A stretch of 64,000 bases of DNA from an uncultured Bacillota bacterium (GTDB taxonomy: Bacteria > Bacillota_I > Bacilli_A > RF39 > UBA660), in contig CAJLEF010000002.1 of NCBI GenBank assembly GCA_905205665.1, positions 13,788-77,787 on the forward strand, in the 5' to 3' direction. Under the pieces are notes generated by a model, which worked only from the letters and a program-made list of their open reading frames with translations, did not search any database and was not told the origin of the DNA. Each line of letters begins with the position of its first letter. Within the stretch, counting starts at the first letter, position 1. The translations under genes were made by a program, and so were the position numbers. Below are positions 46,678 through 55,553 of the stretch, one piece after another.

Positions 46678-46758
46678 ATAAAAATACTCCTTTCGTACGT
46701 GTCTTATTATACATAAGTTTTTTTAAGAAAGCAAGCCTATAAATTCTTAAAAAAAGCT

Positions 46759-48660
46759 TTAATTAAGGATGTTTTTTGTTCTTTTTAAAGTTAATTCATC
46801 CGTGATAAATTCAGATATTTTTTGCATTTTTTTCTTATGTTCAATTAACTTATGAGTTAAAAATGTCAATATTTGTTTTTGGGTATAAGAACTATTAAAT
46901 TCGCTTTTACAAACAGTTTTAGCCATTTGCATAAAATAAGAAACAAAAGCATTGTTAATGATATCTTCTGGTGTCTCTATTTTCTCATAAAATTCTTTTG
47001 ATACTATAGTTGCATCAATCATGTAAAATAATTTATTTAAATCAACATTTTTAGATAAATCAACTTGTTCACATTCAAATAAAATACCATAAGAATGAAA
47101 ACAATCTACTATTTTTTGGACGTTTGAGGCTCCCACTCCAGGAATATTATAAAGGCTATTAGGGGCTGTTGGAGACAAATTCTTTTTTAATAATTCCCCA
47201 ACTGTTTTGTCGAGTAATGATCTACTTAATCCTCTAATTGATTTCAATTCAAAAACTTTTGTATCTAAGCTTAAGATGGTTTCTTCTTCACATTTAAAAC
47301 GATATCCTAAGTTATGAACGTGATCAATGATTTCTTTTTCCATTTTTACACTAGCATCTAAAAATCTAATCATTCTTCGATCAAGACTTACTAGAAGAAG
47401 TTCATCTAAATTTTTTATATTATAACGAGAATTTAATAAATTTATACTTTTTTCTGTAAAGCCATAATTTTTTAGATCGCCTTTTTCACTTTCTAAATCA
47501 ATCGTTTCTTTTTCCTCTTTGAATAGGAAACCTATTTCATGAATATAGCTAATTAAACCGTCTATTTTTTTGACTCCTAAACCTTGAATATGATAAAGAT
47601 TATTTTCAGCTAAAGAAGTTTTGTCTTTAATGGATAAAGAAAGTAATTTTCCTATTTTTTTTATACCCCATAGATTTAATTTGCTTAATATTTTGATATC
47701 ATAATTTAAATCAAAAATACTGCTTTCTTCACTTAAAATTCTTACCTTATTTGGTTCTTCTATGATAGCCGAAGATGCGATTGGCTGTTTTTCAAATTCG
47801 AAAACAAAACCATGAGCATGAATCATATCTATTACTTTTTGAACTCTTTTTTCACTAGCATGTGCTATCTTAAAAATACCGTGTGGATTTTCAGGATCTA
47901 AACTTAGTTTTAAAACTTCTCTTATTGTTTTATAATATAACCCTTCACCAACTACGTTGCCTTCATCAAGTTCATGAATTTTTGTGTCTAAATTGATCGT
48001 TTTTTCTTTTTCACAATTAAATTCAAAACCACATTCATGAAAATAAGAAATAATTTCTTCAGCAGTTTTTTCTCCTATACCTTTCATCTTATAAATACTG
48101 TGTGGGACTTTAGGATTTGTGCTTAAGTCTAACAATTCTTCAACTGTTCTATTAACTAATAAGCGTTTCACAATTAATGGTACAGGCTCTTTTAAAAGAC
48201 CAGTTAAATTTTCCCCGTGATTTTTAGTTTTTTTCTCACTAATAAATTCAAAGCCGCTATCATGAACAGCCTTAATAATTACTTTATCTAGTTTGAGACG
48301 AGAATCTAAAGCACCATCTCTACTACCATCAATAGGAAGGTTTAATAATTCATTTAAAGTACTAACCTTGTATTTAAAAACAAGAAAATTTAAATATTTT
48401 GATGGTAAATGTAAAATTTCTAATTCACTATAATCTTTCATTATGTTAATGTTACAAATATCATATAAAGCTTGCTCTATTCTTTTTAGTTTTTTAAAAG
48501 AAATCGCATCTAATTTGTATAAGCCTCTTGTATCATTATAACGTAATAATTGACCGACTGTACGAATCTTTTTATCTTTCAATGCCTTTAAAATAGATGG
48601 TGGCAAACAAAGACATTCTATTTTTTTAGAAAGTTCTTCTTTTGGATATTTTGGTATCAT
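46759..48660 (-). CDS. protein made of seven tandem RNA polymerase alpha-CTD-like helix-hairpin-helix modules plus a C-terminal ~100-aa domain
   Basis: Seven ~65-75-aa repeats each carry an L..LL.LS...P..LY.I.G.G.K....I....H..GF.F..E pattern, e.g. TVEELLDLSTNPKVPHSIYKMKGIGEKTAEEIISYFHECGFEFNCEKE. The start is set at the ATG at 48660, with an AAGGGGGAA RBS. Confidence 0.6.
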   Translation of the reverse strand: MIPKYPKEELSKKIECLCLPPSILKALKDKKIRTVGQLLRYNDTRGLYKLDAISFKKLKRIEQALYDICNINIMKDYSELEILHLPSKYLNFLVFKYKVSTLNELLNLPIDGSRDGALDSRLKLDKVIIKAVHDSGFEFISEKKTKNHGENLTGLLKEPVPLIVKRLLVNRTVEELLDLSTNPKVPHSIYKMKGIGEKTAEEIISYFHECGFEFNCEKEKTINLDTKIHELDEGNVVGEGLYYKTIREVLKLSLDPENPHGIFKIAHASEKRVQKVIDMIHAHGFVFEFEKQPIASSAIIEEPNKVRILSEESSIFDLNYDIKILSKLNLWGIKKIGKLLSLSIKDKTSLAENNLYHIQGLGVKKIDGLISYIHEIGFLFKEEKETIDLESEKGDLKNYGFTEKSINLLNSRYNIKNLDELLLVSLDRRMIRFLDASVKMEKEIIDHVHNLGYRFKCEEETILSLDTKVFELKSIRGLSRSLLDKTVGELLKKNLSPTAPNSLYNIPGVGASNVQKIVDCFHSYGILFECEQVDLSKNVDLNKLFYMIDATIVSKEFYEKIETPEDIINNAFVSYFMQMAKTVCKSEFNSSYTQKQILTFLTHKLIEHKKKMQKISEFITDELTLKRTKNILN

Positions 48661-48752
48661 AAACTTTTCCCCCTTTAAAACATTGCGTTTTATTATATAA
48701 TATTTTTTTAATTTTGTAAAATCCATCAAAAAAACTACCCTATTAGGCAGTT

Positions 48753-49265
48753 TTATGACCATTTTTGAATAGATATCACATTAAAAAGAAAAATCATCCA
48801 AATTCCTAAAGTAGCTGCTAATTTATAACGATACATTTCATGTGTAGCAACTACTTTATCTGCAATCGTTAACGCAACACTTTCCTTATATTTAGGTCTT
48901 TCTAAAAAAACAGGAAACATATGCGATCTAATCATATTTTGTTGCATATCATCAATATCAAAATATAGCATCGCATTTTGGCAGGCATACAAAGGATGTA
49001 TTTGTAAAGTTTTCTTAGCATTGTACTCTTTAACGTCTTCATTAAAGAAAAAATCATGTAAAAGAGCCGCACGAGTAGCCCTTTCATAATCCAAATTTAG
49101 TTTTTTAGTCATTTGATAGACCATTTTAGAAACCCTTAATGAATGCTCATAACGGCTTATTCCATGATGAAATTCATCTTTTAATTTTAAAAACTCTGGA
49201 TGATTTTTTATATCATTTATAATAGAATCAAACTCACACGTTTCAATGATTCCCAATTTCTTCAC
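48753..49265 (-). CDS. HD-domain phosphohydrolase with a C-terminal TM helix
   Basis: ISRYEHSLRVSKM...ALLHDFF gives the H...HD motif. Confidence 0.65.
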   Translation of the reverse strand: MKKLGIIETCEFDSIINDIKNHPEFLKLKDEFHHGISRYEHSLRVSKMVYQMTKKLNLDYERATRAALLHDFFFNEDVKEYNAKKTLQIHPLYACQNAMLYFDIDDMQQNMIRSHMFPVFLERPKYKESVALTIADKVVATHEMYRYKLAATLGIWMIFLFNVISIQKWS

Positions 49266-49313
49266 CTCGAACTATCCCATTATAGCATATTTTAAATCAT
49301 TTGCAAACAGTAC

Positions 49314-50888
49314 CTATTTTGTGTATTTTTTGATAATTTCTTCAGCGCATTTTAAACCATCCATTGCACTAGTTGTGATACCACCGGCATAACCAGAGCC
49401 TTCCCCACAAACATAGACACCTGAAATATTACTTTCTAAAGTTTCGCTCCTTTTCATCCTAATAGGACTAGAAGAACGTGTTTCAATGCCAAAAAGTAAA
49501 GCGTCATCGCGGTCATAACCTTTTATTTTCTTACCAAAAGCTGGTAAAGCTTCCTTCAAAGCTTCCTTTATAAAATCCGGTAATATTTCATTTAGATTAG
49601 CCATTTTTACATTACCTTTTGTAATAGGCTCGACATCATCTAAGGTAGTTGTTTCTTTATTATCTAAGAAGTCTTTTACTTTTTGCATCGGAATAAAGCC
49701 TTTTTTTAAGTCATAGGCTTGTTTTTCTAACTCTTCTTGAAACTTAACGCCATCAAAAGTATCAAAGCCAAAATCTTTCGGACCAACTGTGACAATTAAA
49801 GCTGCGCTTGCATTTTTTGAATCTCTTTTGTGTTCACTCATACCATTTATTACTAAGTGATTCTGACAAGAACTTGCATTGACAACATAACCACCTGGGC
49901 ACATACAAAAAGAATAAACACCACGTTTTTCTTTTGTTTGATAAGTTAATTTATAACTAGCTGGTGGTAAAAAGACAGGGTAATTTTGACCATATTGGCT
50001 TTCATTAATCATTTTTTGAGGATGTTCAATCCGAAGTCCAACCGCAAAAGGTTTGTTTTCTAATAACAAGCCTCGCTTAAAAAGCATTTGAAAAGTATCT
50101 CTAGCACTATGACCTAAGGCAAGAACAAGACAATCACATGGATAAGTTTGATTATTGTTAATCACAATTTCTTCTATTTTATTATTTTTTACATGCATAT
50201 CAGTTAAGCAAGAAGAATAATGAATCTCACCACCCATTTGTTTTATTTTTTCCCGCATATTTTTAATGACATTTTGTAATAAATCCGTGCCAATATGAGG
50301 ATGAGATTCATATAAAATATCCGCTGGAGCACCACATTCCACAAAGGTTTCAAAAACTTTTTTGCCGCGACAAGCTTTATCTTTAACCATCGTATTTAAT
50401 TTTCCATCTGAAAAAGTGCCGGCACCGCCTTCCCCAAATTGAACGTTGGTTTGTTCATCTAACTTTCCTGTTTGCCAAAACATTTCAATTTTTTCTTTTC
50501 TTTTTTCAACACACTCGCCTCTTTCAAATAAAATTGGACGATATCCTGCTTCAGAAAGTAAATAAGTAGCAAACAAACCTGCCGGTCCACTGCCAATAAT
50601 TATGGGGCGATTTTGTAATTTAATAGTACCAAAAGATGGTATTTCATACTTTTCAATAGGCGCTAAAAAGATATCCTCATTTTTTGAAAATCTTTTAAGT
50701 ACTTTCTTTTCATTCAAAACAGAAACATCAACTTCATAAATATAATAAAGTTCTGGTTTCTTTCTAGCATCTAAAGATTTTTTTATAAGAGAATAACTTT
50801 CTACTTTAGTTTTTAAAATACTTTCGATTTTTGACAATAATTTATCTTCTTCATAGATTGATACTTTAACTTGTCTTAGACGAATCAT
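49314..50888 (-). CDS. FAD-dependent oxidoreductase (COG2509-type)
   Basis: IIIGSGPAGLFATYLLSEAGYRPILFERG is a dinucleotide-binding motif. ~524 aa. Confidence 0.7.
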   Translation of the reverse strand: MIRLRQVKVSIYEEDKLLSKIESILKTKVESYSLIKKSLDARKKPELYYIYEVDVSVLNEKKVLKRFSKNEDIFLAPIEKYEIPSFGTIKLQNRPIIIGSGPAGLFATYLLSEAGYRPILFERGECVEKRKEKIEMFWQTGKLDEQTNVQFGEGGAGTFSDGKLNTMVKDKACRGKKVFETFVECGAPADILYESHPHIGTDLLQNVIKNMREKIKQMGGEIHYSSCLTDMHVKNNKIEEIVINNNQTYPCDCLVLALGHSARDTFQMLFKRGLLLENKPFAVGLRIEHPQKMINESQYGQNYPVFLPPASYKLTYQTKEKRGVYSFCMCPGGYVVNASSCQNHLVINGMSEHKRDSKNASAALIVTVGPKDFGFDTFDGVKFQEELEKQAYDLKKGFIPMQKVKDFLDNKETTTLDDVEPITKGNVKMANLNEILPDFIKEALKEALPAFGKKIKGYDRDDALLFGIETRSSSPIRMKRSETLESNISGVYVCGEGSGYAGGITTSAMDGLKCAEEIIKKYTK

Positions 50889-52074
50889 TTTTGATACTCC
50901 TTCCTACTACTAAACCACTTAAAATGGCAAAAGTTAGATTATATCCTCCACAGTCACCAAAGACATCTAAAATCTCACCTGTAAAATATAAATGAGGATA
51001 ATCTAAAGAACATAATTTTTTGATATCAACACTTTTTAAAGATATCCCACCTTGACAAACTTGAGATGAAGAAAAATCACCGGTACCAGTAATAGAAAGA
51101 GGATAATCCGTTAAATTGGAAAGCAATTTATTTATTCTTTCTGAGCTTAAATCAGCAAAAGTATCTTCTTCTTTTATTTTACTTTGCTTCATAATCATTT
51201 TAATTAAAGGCTCTTGTAAAAAGCCTGCTAATGTTTCTTTAATATTTTTTTCTTCTGACCATTTTTGTAAAAAACTTAAAATGTCATCTGTAAAAGGCGT
51301 AAAATCGAGATGAACTTGCACATTTTTATTTTGAGAGATAGCCAAAGCAGCACTTCCACTTAAATTAAAAACGCATATTCCACTTAAGCCTTTTTCAGTA
51401 AATTGTAATTCTCCTGTTTCTTTTTTTGCCATTTCATTATCAATATATAATTTAACTGTTACTTGAGAACGAATGCCTTTCCACAACTTGTTATAAGATG
51501 TTTGACATTCTAAATATGTTAAAGCAGGTAAAACAGGAATCATCATATCTTTCAAAAAAGGCAAAAGACTATAGCCAGAACCATCACTTCCTGTTAGCGG
51601 ATAAGCCTTAGAACCAGTGGCTAAAACAACATCAGTATAAAATTCATTGTTAATAAAAAAGCCATTATTTCTTAATTCAATATCTTTTACTTTATGATTT
51701 AACAAAACCTTTACATTGGTTTTAGAAAGTCTCTCTAAGAAAGCCTCATAAACTGTACTAGCTTTATTTGTAAATGGATAGTAATAGCCATTTTTAACAA
51801 GAGGAACAATACCTAAATTTTCGATAAAATTTAAAGCATGAAGAGGATTTTCTTCTGTCAAAAATTGCTGCAAAAGTTCTTGATGAGTCGAATGATAATG
51901 CTTGGAACTTTGGTCTTCATTATAAAAGTTACAACGACCGTTCCCTGTTATTAAAAGTTTTTTTAAAAGTTTATCGTTTCCTTCCATCAAGGTCACTTTG
52001 ACTTTTTCACTAGCTAATACGATGGCTGTAGTAACCCCACTTACTCCTCCACCGATAATTAAAATATTTTTCAT
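50866..52074 (-). CDS. NAD(P)/FAD-dependent oxidoreductase, HI0933/BaiN-like family
   Basis: ILIIGGGVSGVTTAIVLA and GNGRCNF motifs. The ATG at 52074 has an AAGGTGG RBS. Confidence 0.7.
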   Translation of the reverse strand: MKNILIIGGGVSGVTTAIVLASEKVKVTLMEGNDKLLKKLLITGNGRCNFYNEDQSSKHYHSTHQELLQQFLTEENPLHALNFIENLGIVPLVKNGYYYPFTNKASTVYEAFLERLSKTNVKVLLNHKVKDIELRNNGFFINNEFYTDVVLATGSKAYPLTGSDGSGYSLLPFLKDMMIPVLPALTYLECQTSYNKLWKGIRSQVTVKLYIDNEMAKKETGELQFTEKGLSGICVFNLSGSAALAISQNKNVQVHLDFTPFTDDILSFLQKWSEEKNIKETLAGFLQEPLIKMIMKQSKIKEEDTFADLSSERINKLLSNLTDYPLSITGTGDFSSSQVCQGGISLKSVDIKKLCSLDYPHLYFTGEILDVFGDCGGYNLTFAILSGLVVGRSIKNDSSKTS

Positions 52075-52264
52075 AAAATACCACCTTTGCTCTTTAATTG
52101 CTAACAAAATAAGATGACATCATTATATCACAAAAGAAGAACCATTCAAAAAGGCTCTTCTTATTTTTCTAAAAAATAATGGTTATAAAAAATTTAATTG
52201 ATAATTTAGATTATGATTTCATGAAAAATCTTATTGTTAAAGCCATTTTAAATATCTTAGTTTC

Positions 52265-52903
52265 TTAGGCTATTTGATAAGAATAGCTACATTTTATGAT
52301 ACCACGAGCATAAGGGGCGATTTGATATTCTTGAAAAATAAATAAAATTTCATTTTCTTTTATTACAAAATTTTGATAATTTTCTTTAAAAGGACGTGTA
52401 CCTTCCATCATCCAAGTCGTATCTGTTACTTCCAAAGAAAGTAATAAATCCATACGAATACTATCACTTACTTTCTGTAAAAATTTCTCATCTAGGTTAA
52501 TAAAATCATCTAAAGTTATAATCTTACTAGTTCTTTTATCAACAACAAATGTTTTAACAAAATGTGTGGGATGAGCGCCACCTAAATAGGTTTCAAATAA
52601 AAGATAAACAGATTCATAATTTTCCGTATCAAAAGATGTCCCTTCTACATAAAAGGAAAGGATGTCTTTTTTTTCTTCTTTTAAAGCTTGATTTAAAAAA
52701 TTATTTTTTTGAAGCAAAATTTCTTCTGATACTAAATTGTTAAGTAAAGTATTATTAATAGTTGGTTTTCTTACCACAATATTCTTCTTTAAAGAAACAT
52801 TCTTTGGCACTTCAAATGTTCCAGCATTTGTATTTAACCAAGATAACATAGAAATAAGAATTATTAAAAATATTAAAATTAAAGAAAAGCATTTTAGTTT
52901 CAT
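52265..52903 (-). CDS. secreted/anchored DUF3298-like (RsiV/PdaC C-terminal type) protein
   Basis: N-terminal signal/anchor, then LFETYLGGAHPTHFVKTFVVDKRTSKIITLDD, which is typical of DUF3298. Confidence 0.5.
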   Translation of the reverse strand: MKLKCFSLILIFLIILISMLSWLNTNAGTFEVPKNVSLKKNIVVRKPTINNTLLNNLVSEEILLQKNNFLNQALKEEKKDILSFYVEGTSFDTENYESVYLLFETYLGGAHPTHFVKTFVVDKRTSKIITLDDFINLDEKFLQKVSDSIRMDLLLSLEVTDTTWMMEGTRPFKENYQNFVIKENEILFIFQEYQIAPYARGIIKCSYSYQIA

Positions 52904-52964
52904 ACCAATATATATGAAGTCACCATGATATTATGTTACCTATTTTAAAAGAAAATAAAAAACA

Positions 52965-53011
52965 GCATGAAAAAAGCCCTTAAACAAAGGACTTTTCGAA
53001 CATATTTGGTG
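52965..53011. repeat. decayed copy of the tRNA-proximal part of the repeat, ending in the first 5 nt of a tRNA 3' end (TGGTG) with no tRNA attached
   Basis: 40 of 47 positions are identical to 54613-54659, the hairpin plus spacer plus TGGTG of tRNA-Leu. Confidence 0.6.
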
Positions 53012-53192
53012 TTGTTGACAAAGTTATCTACAACTTTTACCAAAGATAATTGATGTAAGAATCAATCACTAACTAAATTATAGCATCATTTTCGAGTGTG
53101 TAAGAAATTCTGGTTCTTCTCAAAGTTACATTTATTTTAATATTTCTATTAAATTATCCCAGTTGCCTGCAATAATATCTTGTGATTATAAA

Positions 53193-54425
53193 CTACATCA
53201 TTCTTTTTCCAGAATGTTTAGCATTTTCAGTCATTTCAGTTTCTTCTGTGATATCATCAAGCAAATTATCATCAATACCAATTTCACTTATTCTTCTTTT
53301 ATAAATCATTTCACGAAAACTTTTTTCTATGGTTTGCTGCCTTTCTGGCTCCAATTCATCATAATCATATTTTTCTTTAATCATTTCCCATTCTTGATCT
53401 TCTCTTGTTTTATTTTCATTAATAGAAGTATTTGCTTGTGACTGTTCTTGTTTATATTGATTATCTTTTTTTCGACGAAGAAGTACCATAGACATAAGAC
53501 CATCTAATCTTTTTTCTTGCTTATCAAACTTACTTGTTACATAAGAAACTCCTTCTTGCTTTTTTCTTTCTTCAAACGAAACTTTATCTTGCATATTTTT
53601 AATTTTATCATTTTTTAAAATTTCAATAATTGAATCAACACTTATTGCTTGTCCTTTTAAACCATTTATATATCTTATTGTCTGAAAATCTATATCTGAT
53701 TCATTTTTTCTAAATGTCTTTGCCACTAAATATCTTAACATACCATCTACATCACTTGTAATTAAGCTATCTTCATTAATATACTTTAAACCATTTTGAC
53801 CATAAATAGATTTTAAAATATTTAATTCATCTCTACCAATAGCATTTCTTTTTATTGGCGACATTCTTTCCATAGCATTGGCAAATGTTTCTAGTCTATA
53901 TTTACGCATTTCTAATTTTTGTTTCACTCGTTCTGAAATATCATCTTTTTTTGATAAATCAATATCCTCTGCATCATGTAAAATATCCGCACCAATTCTA
54001 ACACGATATAATTCGTAATTACTAGCTGGGACAATATCAGCTATCCATTCGTCACCTTGGAAACCATTATTGTAATGTCCCTTTAGGTAATCTACAATAA
54101 AAGGTTTTCTAACATCTAAGCCATTTGTGTTAATTCGATATATTACTGCAACGGATGGTATCATTATTCGTTCGTTGTAAATGGATAAATTATTATGAAT
54201 TGGTATCCCATCATGATGTAAATCACCATATGCTGATGTTACCATACTCAAATTATCAGACATATAAACACCATACTCATTTCCATCGGTAACGGTTTTT
54301 CTGCCATACTGATCAATAATAGGAGCATAGTTAACTTTTAAATCAACACCAGAAAATTCAAAATTTTGTAAACTATTATAATCAACTTTTAGTCCTCTAT
54401 ATAAGACACTAGGTTTATTTTCCAT
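53193..54425 (-). CDS. hypothetical protein (410 aa): N-terminal globular domain plus a highly charged C-terminal half
   Basis: Sole ORF in a ~1.6-kb tRNA-flanked islet. The N terminus has LYRG ... GVYMSDNLS ... FQGDEW, loosely reminiscent of an R-S-E ADP-ribosyltransferase layout. That reading is speculative. Confidence 0.5.
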   Translation of the reverse strand: MENKPSVLYRGLKVDYNSLQNFEFSGVDLKVNYAPIIDQYGRKTVTDGNEYGVYMSDNLSMVTSAYGDLHHDGIPIHNNLSIYNERIMIPSVAVIYRINTNGLDVRKPFIVDYLKGHYNNGFQGDEWIADIVPASNYELYRVRIGADILHDAEDIDLSKKDDISERVKQKLEMRKYRLETFANAMERMSPIKRNAIGRDELNILKSIYGQNGLKYINEDSLITSDVDGMLRYLVAKTFRKNESDIDFQTIRYINGLKGQAISVDSIIEILKNDKIKNMQDKVSFEERKKQEGVSYVTSKFDKQEKRLDGLMSMVLLRRKKDNQYKQEQSQANTSINENKTREDQEWEMIKEKYDYDELEPERQQTIEKSFREMIYKRRISEIGIDDNLLDDITEETEMTENAKHSGKRMM

Positions 54426-54569
54426 TTTGCACCTCGTACTTTCAATTCAATTATATCATTTACTTTAATAATTTACTATATTCCAAAATCAAACTAACCT
54501 TTCTCTACTATATCCTTAAAGTGAAAGAAGAAATAAACAACTGATAAATATTACTAAATTTTAATTTGA

Positions 54570-54643
54570 GAAAGTACTTTCGGAGTAATTTTGGGAGTAA
54601 TTTTATAAAAATGCATGAAAAAAGCCCATAAATAAAGGGCTTG
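54570..54643. repeat. tRNA-linked composite repeat, copy D (includes the terminator of the tRNA-CAT/Leu operon)
   Basis: GAAAGTACTTTCGGAGTAATTTTGGGAGTAATTTT...CATGAAAAAAGCCCATAAATAAAGGGCTT lies immediately 3' of tRNA-Leu. Confidence 0.8.
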
Positions 54644-54654
54644 TGAAGCATATT

Positions 54655-54739
54655 TGGTGCAGGCGAAGGGACTTGAACCCCCATGAATTGCTTCGCTAGA
54701 TCCTAAGTCTAGTGCGTCTACCAATTTCGCCACGCCTGC
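54655..54739 (-). tRNA. tRNA-Leu (anticodon TAG), long variable arm
   Basis: The reverse complement is GCAGGCGTGGCGAAATTGGTAGACGCACTAGACTTAGGATCTAGCGAAGCAATTCATGGGGGTTCAAGTCC...CACCA. Confidence 0.9.
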
Positions 54740-54753
54740 AAGTTTTAAAAAGA

Positions 54754-54830
54754 TGGTGGACCTTGTAGGACTCGAACCTACGACCGATCGGTTATGAGCC
54801 GAGTGCTCTAACCAACTGAGCTAAAGGTCC
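54754..54830 (-). tRNA. tRNA with a CAT anticodon (elongator Met or lysidine-dependent Ile2; the body resembles Ile)
   Basis: The reverse complement is GGACCTTTAGCTCAGTTGGTTAGAGCACTCGGCTCATAACCGATCGG...GGTTCGAGTCC...CACCA. Confidence 0.85.
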
Positions 54831-54842
54831 AACAACTACTTA

Positions 54843-54871
54843 ATTATATAATATTAAATATTAAAATTCAA
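54843..54871 (-). promoter_or_regulatory. sigma-A type promoter of the tRNA-CAT/Leu operon
   Basis: On the minus strand: TTGAAT, a 17-nt spacer, then TATAAT. Confidence 0.55.
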
Positions 54872-55061
54872 GTACCTATTGTGCTATTTCAAGAAAAAAT
54901 TGTTGTGCAAGATTGCAAAACAAATGGTATTCATTAATATTTTATATTTAATTTCTTACTTCAAGTACTATTTATAATAATATTTTATAATATTTTGAGC
55001 CGTTGATTTCATTTATAAATATTCCATTGTTATTTTGAATGACTTTTGAACTACCAATGTT

Positions 55062-55472
55062 TCATTTAGAAGATTGACCATAAACTTCTGTAAAACCTAA
55101 TTCTTTTAACTTTTCTAAAGCTAACGCTAACATTTTTGTGGCATATCCTTTTCTTCTTTCTGTTGTTCTAATTTGGTAATAGAAATTTCCCGACCATTTC
55201 AACCAATTATCATCTATTTTGGTTCTTAAACAAATGAATCCGACTGGATAACCATTCACATACATAATATAAGTTATTGTGGGAGTATCATAAAAAGTCA
55301 CTTGATTATATTTTCTTTTTATTTGCGTTAGTACATATTGTTTAAATTCTTTTTTTGTTAAACCATATGCTTTATTCGTTTGACCATTCTCACCACTTGG
55401 AATATCTTGATACATTTCATATAAAAAAGTATCAATCAAATTTAATGACAATTCTTTTAATTTATATTTCAT
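55062..55472 (-). CDS. GNAT-family N-acetyltransferase
   Basis: RRKGYATKMLALALEKLKELG is the acetyl-CoA-binding motif A. Confidence 0.8.
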   Translation of the reverse strand: MKYKLKELSLNLIDTFLYEMYQDIPSGENGQTNKAYGLTKKEFKQYVLTQIKRKYNQVTFYDTPTITYIMYVNGYPVGFICLRTKIDDNWLKWSGNFYYQIRTTERRKGYATKMLALALEKLKELGFTEVYGQSSK

Positions 55473-55553
55473 AGATTATTACCATCCTTTTTACATTCAT
55501 AACATAAAACATATATATATTATTAGGACTTAGTCCAAAATCTTAATATTTTT

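Noticed and set aside
53163-53441. 92-aa plus-strand ORF, and similar 60-110-aa antisense ORFs (e.g. 59455-59748, 22373-22615, 19538-19879, 24528-24779)
   Set aside because: They are antisense to strong coding regions, Phe/Ile/Leu/Ser-rich as expected from AT-rich antisense frames, and lack an RBS.
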